Origin: Planctomycetota bacterium
Lineage (GTDB): Bacteria; Planctomycetota; SZUA-567; H5-PLA8
Assembly: GCA_038227875.1 (NCBI GenBank)
Contig: JBBRPR010000039.1
Location: 1 to 64,000, forward strand
Direction: 5' to 3'
Length of the DNA stretch: 64,000 bases
How positions within the stretch are numbered: position 1 is the first letter of the stretch; every line of letters starts with the position of its first letter. The notes beneath the pieces were generated by a model, which saw only the letters and a list, made by a program, of their open reading frames with translations, was not told where the DNA came from and did not search any database. This document shows positions 9,579 through 19,113 of the stretch, piece by piece. The translations under genes were made by a program, and so were the position numbers.

Positions 9579-11515
9579 ATGCAGACCGATCACGAGTTGC
9601 TGGAACAGTATTTCCGCGACGGCTCCGACGAGGCGTTCGGGGAACTCGTGCGACGGCACACGGACATGGTCTACACCACGTGTCTGCGACTGCTCCGCGA
9701 TCCCCATCAGGCTGAAGACGCAGCTCAGGCGGCGTTCCTGGTGCTGGTGCGGCGCGGCAAGTCGATCGGCCGTGGCGAGGTGCTCGGCGGATGGCTCTAC
9801 CGCGTCGCCGTTAACGCGGCGCGCAACACCCAGCGCATCGCAGCGCGCCGCGAACGCCACGAGCGGGAGGCGGCTTTAGCCGCGGAGGCAGCGGTGAAAT
9901 CAGAACCGGTCAGTGCTGCGGACAGCGAAGCCTTAAGCGCGGAACTGGACGCGGCCATGAACGCGCTGCCACGGGCGCAACGGGACGCGATTGTCGTGCG
10001 CTGTCTGCAAGGGCGCACGCAAGCGGAGGCGGCGGCGGAATTGTGCTGCCCGGCGGAAACCGTCCACACGCGCGTCAACCGGGGCCTCGAGAAACTGCGC
10101 GCGCTGCTGACGCGGCGCGATGTCCGGCTCTCGGCGGCGGCGCTGCTTCTGCTGCTCGAACAAGCGGCCCGCCAACCTGCGCCCGCGCCACTCTCCTCCT
10201 CCATCCAGGCCGCCTGTCTCGGAAAAACAGCGGCTTCACTGACGGCAACGACAGTCGCGATGGAGATCGCAAACAAAATGGTCTGGATCAAAGTCTCAAC
10301 CGTAGCCGCATGCGCGGCAGTTCTTCTGGCGGGAATTTTCTTACTCCGGCAACCCTTGGCGGCGCGTAGCGCGCCCAGCCTGTCGCCAGCTCCGGTCGCG
10401 GAAGCAAAACCGACGGCACCTCCGTCGTTCTCGCCAGTCGTCTCGAAACCGAATCCGGCGCCTGTGGCGCAGGCCAAAGACGACGTGAAGAAACCCGACG
10501 TGCTCGATCCGAAAGCCGAATCCAAGCAGCTGGAAACGGCGATCAACAGCGGTTTGGCGTGGCTGGCCAAAGCGCAGGAAGCGGACGGTCATTTCGATTG
10601 CAAAAAGTTCGGCGTGCGGCCGATCAGGACGTGGCCGTGACCTCGATCGCCACGCTCTCGATGCTCGGCGCTGGCCACACGGAAAAACTCGGCCAGTACA
10701 AGGCAACGGTGAAAGCCGCGGTGCGCTGGCTGGAAGCCCAGCCTCCGCCGAGCGAAATCACGCAAGCGGCGCTGCGCGTGATTGTCCTCGCTGAAAACCG
10801 CGGCATGTCGAACACCGACAAGACCGCCGCGCAGGCCGCCGTCGATGATCTCATCTCGCGGCAGAGCATCCTGGGCGACTGGCAGGACGAAAATGGCAAA
10901 GGCAACTACGCCCGGCAGGTCGGCCCGACGACGTGGGCGCTGATCGCCTTGAAAAGCGCCAAGGTTTCGCAGCTCAACGTCCCGCGGGAAGCACTCGACG
11001 CGGCGATCAGGACCTTCGACGTCCAGCAGCGCGAAGTCCGCGTCAACGAGGACAATCTCGAAGGCGCGAAGATGGCCGCCGCGCTGGCCGTGCAGCGCCA
11101 GTTTACCGGCGAAACGAAAACGGCCGCCAGTCTGCAGGAACTGATCCGCATCCTGCCGAAGCAGAGACCCGTCTATCCGGCCGACGGGATCGGTCACGAA
11201 GTCGTGCTCTGGTGGCAGGGCTCGCTGGCCTTGTTTCAGCAGGGCGGCGAGGGTTGGACGGAATGGAACCGCGCCTTGCAAGACGCGCTGCTCCCCAGCC
11301 AGAACAAAGACGGTGATCTCGCCGGCTCATGGGATTTCCGCCAGGGCTCCGACCCGTTCCTATGGGGACGCATTGGCTCCACCGCCCTCGCCGCGCTGCC
11401 ACTGGAAGTGAATTGGCGCTACATCGCGCTGACGACTCCACAGCACAACGTCGTTCAGTTCGCGGCACCCGATGTGAAGAAAGAAGACGACGCCAAGAAA
11501 GACTCCGGTTTCTGA
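9579..11515 (+). pseudogene. ECF sigma factor-TM-prenyltransferase/squalene-cyclase-like barrel fusion, split by a 1-nt frameshift near 10614
   Basis: Sigma2 'AFGELVRRH...AEDAAQAAFLVL...GWLYRVA', sigma4 'LPRAQRDAIV...RVNRGLEKLR', TM helix, Pro linker. 'GLAWLAKAQEADGHFDCKKFG' continues in the -1 frame as 'AADQDVAVTSIATLSMLGAGHTEK', colinear with the paralogous domain at about 60700. May be a sequencing error, a true mutation or recoding. Confidence 0.8.
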
Positions 11516-11525
11516 TCCTTTAACA

Positions 11526-11642
11526 GAGTCATTGGGCGTTGGTCATTTATTGGAGAGCGATAGACTTGCCTATTGCAGCCAGACACTACGCTCTTCGTAA
11601 ATGAAAAATGACCGATGACCTATATCCAATCACCAATGACTC
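11526..11642. repeat. Two-armed heptamer inverted-repeat element, TTGGTCA/CAATGAC family (copy 2)
   Basis: gagtcattgggcgttggtcattta...taaatgaaaaatgaccgatgac...ccaatgactc. Same termini as 2331-2436, different spacer. Confidence 0.85.
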
Positions 11643-11690
11643 CGTTATTAGCTGGCCAGTATCGCGCACGTTCGCGATACTGGCTTCGTT

Positions 11691-12260
11691 ATGAAGCTCA
11701 CGCCGGAATTATTGGATCGCACGTACCGCCAGGGCATTTTCCCCATGCCCGGCATCTTCGGCATGATCGAATGGTACCAGCCCGACCCGCGCGGCATTCT
11801 GCCGCTCGACGGCTTCCACGCCTCGCGATCGCTGCAGCGCAAGTTGAAGCCTGGCCACTTCGAGATCACGTACGATCAGGACTTTGTCGGCGTGATGCGC
11901 GGCTGCGCGGAACGCAAGCCGACCTGGATCAACGAGCAGTTCATCTCCGTCTACGGAAAATTGCACGCGCAGGGCAAGGCGCATTCGGTGGAAGTCTGGC
12001 AGGCGGGGAAACTCGTCGGCGGGACTTATGGCGTGCACCTCGGCGGCGCATTTTTCGCGGAATCAAAATTCCACCGCGTCACCGACGCCTCGAAGGTCGC
12101 GCTGGCAAAACTGGTCGAACGCCTGCGCGCCAGGGATTTCGGCCTGCTCGAAGTTCAGTACCTCACGCCCCACCTCGCCCAGTTCGGAGTGATCGCGATT
12201 CCACACGAAGATTACATGCGCAAACTCAAAGTCGCACTAGACCTCAAGCGCGAATTCTAG
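11691..12260 (+). CDS. aat: Leucyl/phenylalanyl-tRNA--protein transferase
   Basis: 'YRQGIFPM', 'PDPRGILP', 'AHSVEVW...LVGGTYGV.LGGAFFAESKF...DASKVAL', 'TPHLAQFG'. Confidence 0.95.
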   Translation: MKLTPELLDRTYRQGIFPMPGIFGMIEWYQPDPRGILPLDGFHASRSLQRKLKPGHFEITYDQDFVGVMRGCAERKPTWINEQFISVYGKLHAQGKAHSVEVWQAGKLVGGTYGVHLGGAFFAESKFHRVTDASKVALAKLVERLRARDFGLLEVQYLTPHLAQFGVIAIPHEDYMRKLKVALDLKREF

Positions 12261-12314
12261 CGGCGCGTTGTGCGTTGACTGCCTAACTCGCCACCACGCA
12301 GTGCGCGAACTCAG

Positions 12315-12623
12315 CTACTTGCTCTCGCCCACCCCAGGCCCAGGCGGGCCGCCGCCTTCCTTGGGGGCTTTGCCGAATTTTTCAAGCCAGTACTTTTCGC
12401 GCTGCTTCTTGCGGTCTTCCAGGCTGGGGAGTTCGTTGCCGTCGCCCTGGCCGTTCTGTTCCCAAATGTGGACGATGATGTTCCGGCACCAGCCGCAGCC
12501 GGTGCCGGCGCCGAGGCACTCGGTCATCATCGATGCCACCTTCGGCTTGTTATGCCGCGCGTAGTTGCGCAGCTTGCGGTAGGTGACGTGAAAGCAGAAG
12601 CAGACGGTGTCGTCGAGTTCCAT
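12315..12623 (-). CDS. BFD-like [2Fe-2S]-binding protein
   Basis: 'VCFCFHV' and 'CLGAGTGCGWC' motifs. Confidence 0.85.
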   Translation of the reverse strand: MELDDTVCFCFHVTYRKLRNYARHNKPKVASMMTECLGAGTGCGWCRNIIVHIWEQNGQGDGNELPSLEDRKKQREKYWLEKFGKAPKEGGGPPGPGVGESK

Positions 12624-12692
12624 GTCGCCATTCTACCGCGTACGGAGGTCATTGCGTCTTGATTTTGGCGCGAAAATTCTTACCGTTAGGGC

Positions 12693-12818
12693 ATGCGAAA
12701 ATACATGATTGCGATGCTGCTCGTGGCGCTGGCCACGTGCCTGACCGGTTGCGGTGGCAACCACAAGCACAGCCCGTCCGAAGCGTCGAAATTCGAAGAC
12801 GACACGCGCGTCAAGTAA
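12693..12818 (+). CDS. Small lipoprotein (41 aa), not in ORF track
   Basis: MRKYMIAMLLVALATCLTG|CGGNHKHSPSEASKFEDDTRVK*. Basic N-terminus, hydrophobic core and lipobox LTGC. Confidence 0.7.
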   Translation: MRKYMIAMLLVALATCLTGCGGNHKHSPSEASKFEDDTRVK

Positions 12819-12947
12819 TTCGTGAGTGGAAGTCTGCACCTATGACAGCGGGCAGTCGCGCATTGCCGCACGTCTATTTTTTCACTTACGATTCGTGTCA
12901 AATTTAATCATAGAGACTACAGTCTCAATGGTTAAAATTCAGCGCCT

Positions 12948-14627
<1,680 letters not shown>

Positions 14628-14664
14628 GCGTCATTCCCTTCTGAATCTTCGCTCTTAAAATGAA

Positions 14665-14693
14665 CTCCGCCAGCCTTACTGCGGCTGGCGGAG
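14665..14693 (-). terminator. Probable terminator hairpin after the cytochrome gene
   Basis: ctccgccagcc/ggctggcggag stem followed by ttcatttt on the minus strand. Confidence 0.6.
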
Positions 14694-14726
14694 ATACTAG
14701 ATAAAGTAGAGTTTACTCGAAATCAA

Positions 14727-16085
14727 TCACTTCGGCCCGCCGGGAGGAAGCGGAATCGAAGCGCCGCCGGTGAAAACGTCCTTCATCTTCACGGCTTCCG
14801 GTCCGAACTTGTCGCCGCTGAAGGTGCCCTTGTCGCCCAACGGATCGTAGAGTGCATCGATCTTGTCCTGCTTGGCCTTGCCGTCGGCTTCGGAGAGCTT
14901 GGCGTTCAGCTTGACCGAACCCCAGAGCGAGGACAGCGCCATGCAGAACTGTTCGGAGGCCTTGAAGCCGCTCTTGGCAGCCTGGTCGCCTTCAGTCGCA
15001 ACGCCGCCGAGCAGCGCTTCGGTGATGGCCTTGTCGAACGGCTTGTCGTTGAACTTGTCGGCCAGAACGTCGGAGGCCTTGGCCACAGCCTTCAGGGCTT
15101 CAGCGACCTTCGCGCCGTCGGCCCAGCTGGCGTTGACAATGGTTAGCTGCGCGTCGATGGCCGTCAGCGAACCGGCGTCGATCGTCTTGGCAACCTGCCG
15201 CGACGTCAGCGCGCGGGAGATCAACGTCTTGTAGCTATCGGCGATCAGCTTTTCGTCAGCCTTCTTTTCAATGCGTTCGCTCAGCTGCAGAGCCGCTTCG
15301 CGCAGACCGATGACCTGGCCCATCGCCCACGCCTTGCCGCCCTTCCATTCTTCCTTGTCGCGCCAGTGGACCCAATCGTTCGAGACCGGGCTGCTCATCG
15401 CATCCAGTTCGAAGGACAGTTCCGGATGACCGGCGGCGACCATGTCGGCGTCGATCTTCAGATGGCAGGAGAGGCACTGGTTGGCGCGGAACTTCAGGTT
15501 CTTCGTGTCGTAGAGGCCCCATTCATCGTAGAGCTTCTGGCTGCCGAGCGCCTTGCGCTGGCCGGCTGTCCAACCCGCCGTGGCGTGCTGGGTCAAGTAC
15601 TTGGACGCCGGACCGTGGCAGGCGTCGCAGCTGTTGCCGTCGGCAACATTGTACTTCGCCGCATCGATGTCGGCGGGCTTCAGGAAGAGACGTCCCTTGC
15701 CTTCAGCGCCCAAACCGGACAAAGCGTGGCAGGTCAGGCAGCGTTCCGCCTTGGTCGCATCGCCCAGCTTCATCGTCTCGGCGATCTTTTTGCCTTCCGG
15801 ACTGACGAGACCTTTCTTGGGATCGTTGAACGACTTGGAATGCTGGTCCTTGTCGCCCCACATCGTATTTTCATTGTGCCGTGTGGCGGCTTCATCCTTC
15901 GGAGCCGGGCCACCGTGACACGCGGCAGCGGCGCAGGTGCCCGCACCCGTGTACTTGATGCCCGTCGGATCTGCGTGCACGACGAGGTCCAAGCCGGCAA
16001 ACGTGCCGACGAAAACCGCGACGGCCGACATCAACAGCAGACAAGACATCGAAACGATCAAACTTTTTCGTGCGCGTTGTGACAT
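14727..16085 (-). CDS. Multiheme c-type cytochrome (c554-like N-domain plus helical C-domain)
   Basis: N-terminal anchor/signal. Heme motifs CAAAACH (CX4CH), CLTCH, CDACH(GPAS), CLSCH; 'AAGHP.L.FEL'. Confidence 0.88.
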   Translation of the reverse strand: MSQRARKSLIVSMSCLLLMSAVAVFVGTFAGLDLVVHADPTGIKYTGAGTCAAAACHGGPAPKDEAATRHNENTMWGDKDQHSKSFNDPKKGLVSPEGKKIAETMKLGDATKAERCLTCHALSGLGAEGKGRLFLKPADIDAAKYNVADGNSCDACHGPASKYLTQHATAGWTAGQRKALGSQKLYDEWGLYDTKNLKFRANQCLSCHLKIDADMVAAGHPELSFELDAMSSPVSNDWVHWRDKEEWKGGKAWAMGQVIGLREAALQLSERIEKKADEKLIADSYKTLISRALTSRQVAKTIDAGSLTAIDAQLTIVNASWADGAKVAEALKAVAKASDVLADKFNDKPFDKAITEALLGGVATEGDQAAKSGFKASEQFCMALSSLWGSVKLNAKLSEADGKAKQDKIDALYDPLGDKGTFSGDKFGPEAVKMKDVFTGGASIPLPPGGPK

Positions 16086-16318
16086 CGTTACCCCTCCTGC
16101 GCCATAACTCGTTAGCGTGAATCACGAAAAACCTATCCGATAGTGATCGTATTGCAACAGTACGAAATGAAATCTTTATCGAACTTGCGATCACTTTTTC
16201 ATCTTTGCGTGCATCCTGAAGTCATTGCTGCACTTAGCGTGGTGCATCACATTCTATTTCCCGTTATCATTCCTGGTTGCTTCTTCCAACAATGATAATG
16301 AGGGGGTATCACTTCTGC

Positions 16319-16780
16319 TCACGCGTGGTGGTACGGCTCTCCCTTTTGTATCGTCCGCGCGCGGTAGAGTTGCTCCAGCACCACCGCCCGGCAGAGTTCG
16401 TGCGGCAAAGTCAGCTTGGACAGAGAAATCATCGCCCCCTTTTTACGGACCTCATCGCCCAGCCCATACGCTCCGCCGATCACGAACGCGACGCGGCGGA
16501 TCGCGCGCAGTTCCAGCGTCTTGAGCAGCTCCGCCAATTCGACGGAGCTGAGTTGCTTCCCACGCTCATCCAGCGCGACGACGTGGTCGCCGGGTTCCAG
16601 TTCGTCGAGTACGCGCTTGGTTTCATCGGCCGTACGTCGCGCGACATCGCCGGTCTCCGCTGCTTTTACTTCGAGGACTTCGGCCGGCCCGTAGCGTTTG
16701 AGTCTGCCGAGGTAGTCCGCGCAGACCTCGCGCAACGGAGCGCTGCGCATTTTACCAACCGCGACGACGTGGATCTTCAT
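16319..16780 (-). CDS. rlmH: 23S rRNA m3-pseudouridine1915 methyltransferase
   Basis: 'VAVGKM', 'LDERGKQLSS', 'FVIGGAYG', 'SLSKLTLPHEL.R.V.LEQLYRA..I..G.PYH'. Confidence 0.96.
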   Translation of the reverse strand: MKIHVVAVGKMRSAPLREVCADYLGRLKRYGPAEVLEVKAAETGDVARRTADETKRVLDELEPGDHVVALDERGKQLSSVELAELLKTLELRAIRRVAFVIGGAYGLGDEVRKKGAMISLSKLTLPHELCRAVVLEQLYRARTIQKGEPYHHA

Positions 16781-16837
16781 GGCGCAAGGTCCGGAAACAG
16801 GGACGAAGGGGGAAGTGGATTATTCAACGGAAGGCTC

Positions 16838-16867
16838 TTAGCTTTTGGCTCTTGGGGGTCCTGTCGG
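16838..16867. repeat. Left arm of a 30-bp inverted repeat enclosing gene 16916-17593
   Basis: ttagcttttggctcttgggggtcctgtcgg matches the reverse complement of 17647-17676 at 29/30. Confidence 0.9.
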
Positions 16868-16915
16868 TTGGGGAACACCACTCAAGAGATGCTTAGGGGA
16901 CTCCGACGACTTCAC

Positions 16916-17593
16916 TTAACGGTCGCCCTGCGTCAGAATTTTGGCGACTTTTTCTACAAGTTCCGGTTTTACCAATTCCGGAAGCACCTTCGCCACTCGC
17001 ATGCGAAAATCATCCAGCAGCCTATCCGCATGATCAACCGCAGCAGCCAACTTATCCGGTGATGTGGAAACACAAAGTCTTTGTGGCTCGTCCCTGTCGT
17101 GCGGTTCGCTGATCTCGATTTTGTCGTTTATGTATCGAACCGAGACCCACGGGTGACCGATCCAAACCATTTTCCAAATCGGTTCCCGATAAGCCGCGGC
17201 CATTTTCCACTCCATGCTATTCGCCAAATCGCCGCAGCAAGTGGGCCAGACTCTGCTTTTCCCATCGACAACCAACACATAGCCACCGTTGAGAGGATTG
17301 AGTTCCAGTTCGTCGCCTGGATCCAACTCATGCTCCTTAATGTGATTGGCAACCAACGCCTTTAAAGCGTGCTCTTGCGTCAGTTGCTCGATCGGAACAT
17401 GCCACGAATCTTCAAGCGGTGAAATTCCATGAATGCCGGAGTCCGCAAGACATTCCATCCAGAATTTTCGGCGCTCGTCTGGGCCGGCGCTCATACCTGG
17501 CGATGTACGTTCGCTCTTGTCGAATGCATACGGCGAGAATTCAACGACTGGAATCAGTGCCAGTTTTACAGACATGGTCAAAATTCCGCTCAT
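16916..17593 (-). CDS. Hypothetical protein, lower GC, enclosed by inverted repeats
   Basis: 225-aa ORF ('NGGYVL', 'PTCCGDL', 'WIGHPW'), visibly more AT-rich than neighbours. Start may be 17575. Confidence 0.75.
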   Translation of the reverse strand: MSGILTMSVKLALIPVVEFSPYAFDKSERTSPGMSAGPDERRKFWMECLADSGIHGISPLEDSWHVPIEQLTQEHALKALVANHIKEHELDPGDELELNPLNGGYVLVVDGKSRVWPTCCGDLANSMEWKMAAAYREPIWKMVWIGHPWVSVRYINDKIEISEPHDRDEPQRLCVSTSPDKLAAAVDHADRLLDDFRMRVAKVLPELVKPELVEKVAKILTQGDR

Positions 17594-17646
17594 TGACTAT
17601 GGTCAACAAGCCAACCGCTCGCGTCAATATAAAAGGGTCCCGCCAC

Positions 17647-17689
17647 CCGACAGGACCCCCAAGAGCCAAGAGCTAACACCCAAGAGCTA
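17647..17689. repeat. Right arm of the inverted repeat, with CCAAGAG heptamer units
   Basis: ccgacaggacccccaagagccaagagctaacacccaagagcta; abuts the stop codon of the ACT gene. Confidence 0.9.
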
Positions 17690-18076
17690 CTTAATCTTCA
17701 GCACTTTCTTCGCCTTCTTAATGTCGCTCACGCGCATGATGAAGACGCCGGCTTCCGCGCCGGTGGTGCCATAGGAGTATTCGATGTTGATCTTTGCGCG
17801 CGCCAGTTTCTGAGCGAGGGTCGCGAGCTGGCCGGGCTTGTCGGGGATCGAGAGCGCCAGCACGTCGGTGTCCACGACCAGCACGCCGGCGTCTTCGAGC
17901 AGCGCACGCGCCTTGCCGGGATTGCTGGTCACCAGGCGCACGACGGCATGGTCGATCGTGTCGGAGACGCTGATCGCCTTGATGTTGATGTCGTGTTCGG
18001 CGAACGTGCGGCACAGCCGGCCCAGCACGCCAGGTTTGTTGGCCAGAAAAATCGATAGTTGTCGGACGACCGGCAT
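17687..18076 (-). CDS. Tandem ACT-domain protein
   Basis: 'QLSIFLANKPGVL...INIKAISV' and 'PDKPGQLA...INIEYSY'. Confidence 0.92.
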   Translation of the reverse strand: MPVVRQLSIFLANKPGVLGRLCRTFAEHDINIKAISVSDTIDHAVVRLVTSNPGKARALLEDAGVLVVDTDVLALSIPDKPGQLATLAQKLARAKINIEYSYGTTGAEAGVFIMRVSDIKKAKKVLKIK

Positions 18077-18092
18077 TGAATTCCCCTCTCAA

Positions 18093-18161
18093 GTACCGCA
18101 GGCTTCCAGCCTGCGAGTGGCTTTTCGGTACATCAACACGCCGGCAGGATGCCGGCGGTAC
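18093..18161. repeat. Inverted REP-like doublet (GTAC plus hairpin)
   Basis: gtaccgcaggcttccagcctgcg facing cgccggcaggatgccggcggtac. Confidence 0.8.
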
Positions 18162-18162
18162 T

Positions 18163-18924
18163 TTACTTCACGCGCGCCGAGCCCGACTTCTTCACCGGGG
18201 AGCGCACGACGATCAGGTTTTCCACGGCGCGCACGCCGCCCTGCATGCGGGCCAGTTCCTCGGCCAGCGTGCGGTCCATCATCGTCGGCACTTCGCCGCG
18301 CAGACAGGCCTTGCCGTCGGCGCAGGAGACCGTCACGCCGTCGGTCTCGAAGTCTTCGCAATACTGCAGCGCGCAGCGGATCGCGCGGGCGGAGGCTTCG
18401 TCGCTGATCTCTTCCAGCGGATCGACGGTCAGTTCGTTAATCACGCCCTTCACGCCGCGGCAGTGGCTGCAGACGTTTTCGGCGATGAACAATTCCTCGG
18501 CGGTGCGGACGTGGCCGTTGATGGTCACAACGCCATCGGTGACGTGAACCACGGCGGTGCCCGGCGGCAATTCGGCATTGGCGTCGAGCGCCTGGCGGAC
18601 GTGGACCGCAATTTGTCCGTCAGCAACCGTTTCTGACGGCTGCACGCGGATCAGGTCCTTCAGCGCGCGCACCCCGGCCAAGCCCATGACGAAGCGGTGC
18701 AGGCGTTCTTTCTGGCGGAAGGTGCGGACCAGGCCACGCATCATCACGAAGCCATCGCGCACTTCCAGCTCGACTTTCGTTTCGCCCAGATGCTTGAGAT
18801 GAATGACAATGCGGTCTTGCAACTGCTTGTCATGTTCCACCACCGACGCTGACGCCGGCGTGTGAGCGTGCTGGGCGTGAGCAACGTGGGGCGCGTGCGT
18901 TTCTTTTCCATTCGGTCCGCTCAT
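18163..18924 (-). CDS. Triple BON-domain protein, no signal peptide
   Basis: Three 'V.V.DG.V.L.G.V...GV..V.N.L.V' units. ATG 18924 follows GGAGG; His-rich N-terminus. Confidence 0.85.
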   Translation of the reverse strand: MSGPNGKETHAPHVAHAQHAHTPASASVVEHDKQLQDRIVIHLKHLGETKVELEVRDGFVMMRGLVRTFRQKERLHRFVMGLAGVRALKDLIRVQPSETVADGQIAVHVRQALDANAELPPGTAVVHVTDGVVTINGHVRTAEELFIAENVCSHCRGVKGVINELTVDPLEEISDEASARAIRCALQYCEDFETDGVTVSCADGKACLRGEVPTMMDRTLAEELARMQGGVRAVENLIVVRSPVKKSGSARVK

Positions 18925-19113
18925 GACGGTTCCTCCTGCAGCACTTCCGTTCGGTATTCGGTGTACAAGTGATAGCTCACAGTACACTTTTGCTCAAGCT
19001 TCTTCAAAGCTTAAGTTGAAGTCCCTGCGCACGAGTGAAGTCGATTACACCTTTTATCTCTCGCAAAGACGCAAAGACGCAAAGAACGGCGAGGGGACTG
19101 AAGCAGAGGATGC

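Noticed and set aside
16319..16780. rlmH as an SCC-like integration site
   Set aside because: The known attB is at the rlmH 3' end. Here the insert is on the 5' side and no recombinase is present.
19062..19085. (CGCAAAGA)x3 octamer
   Set aside because: Real but short, with no partner arm found, so it was not counted with the two-armed elements.
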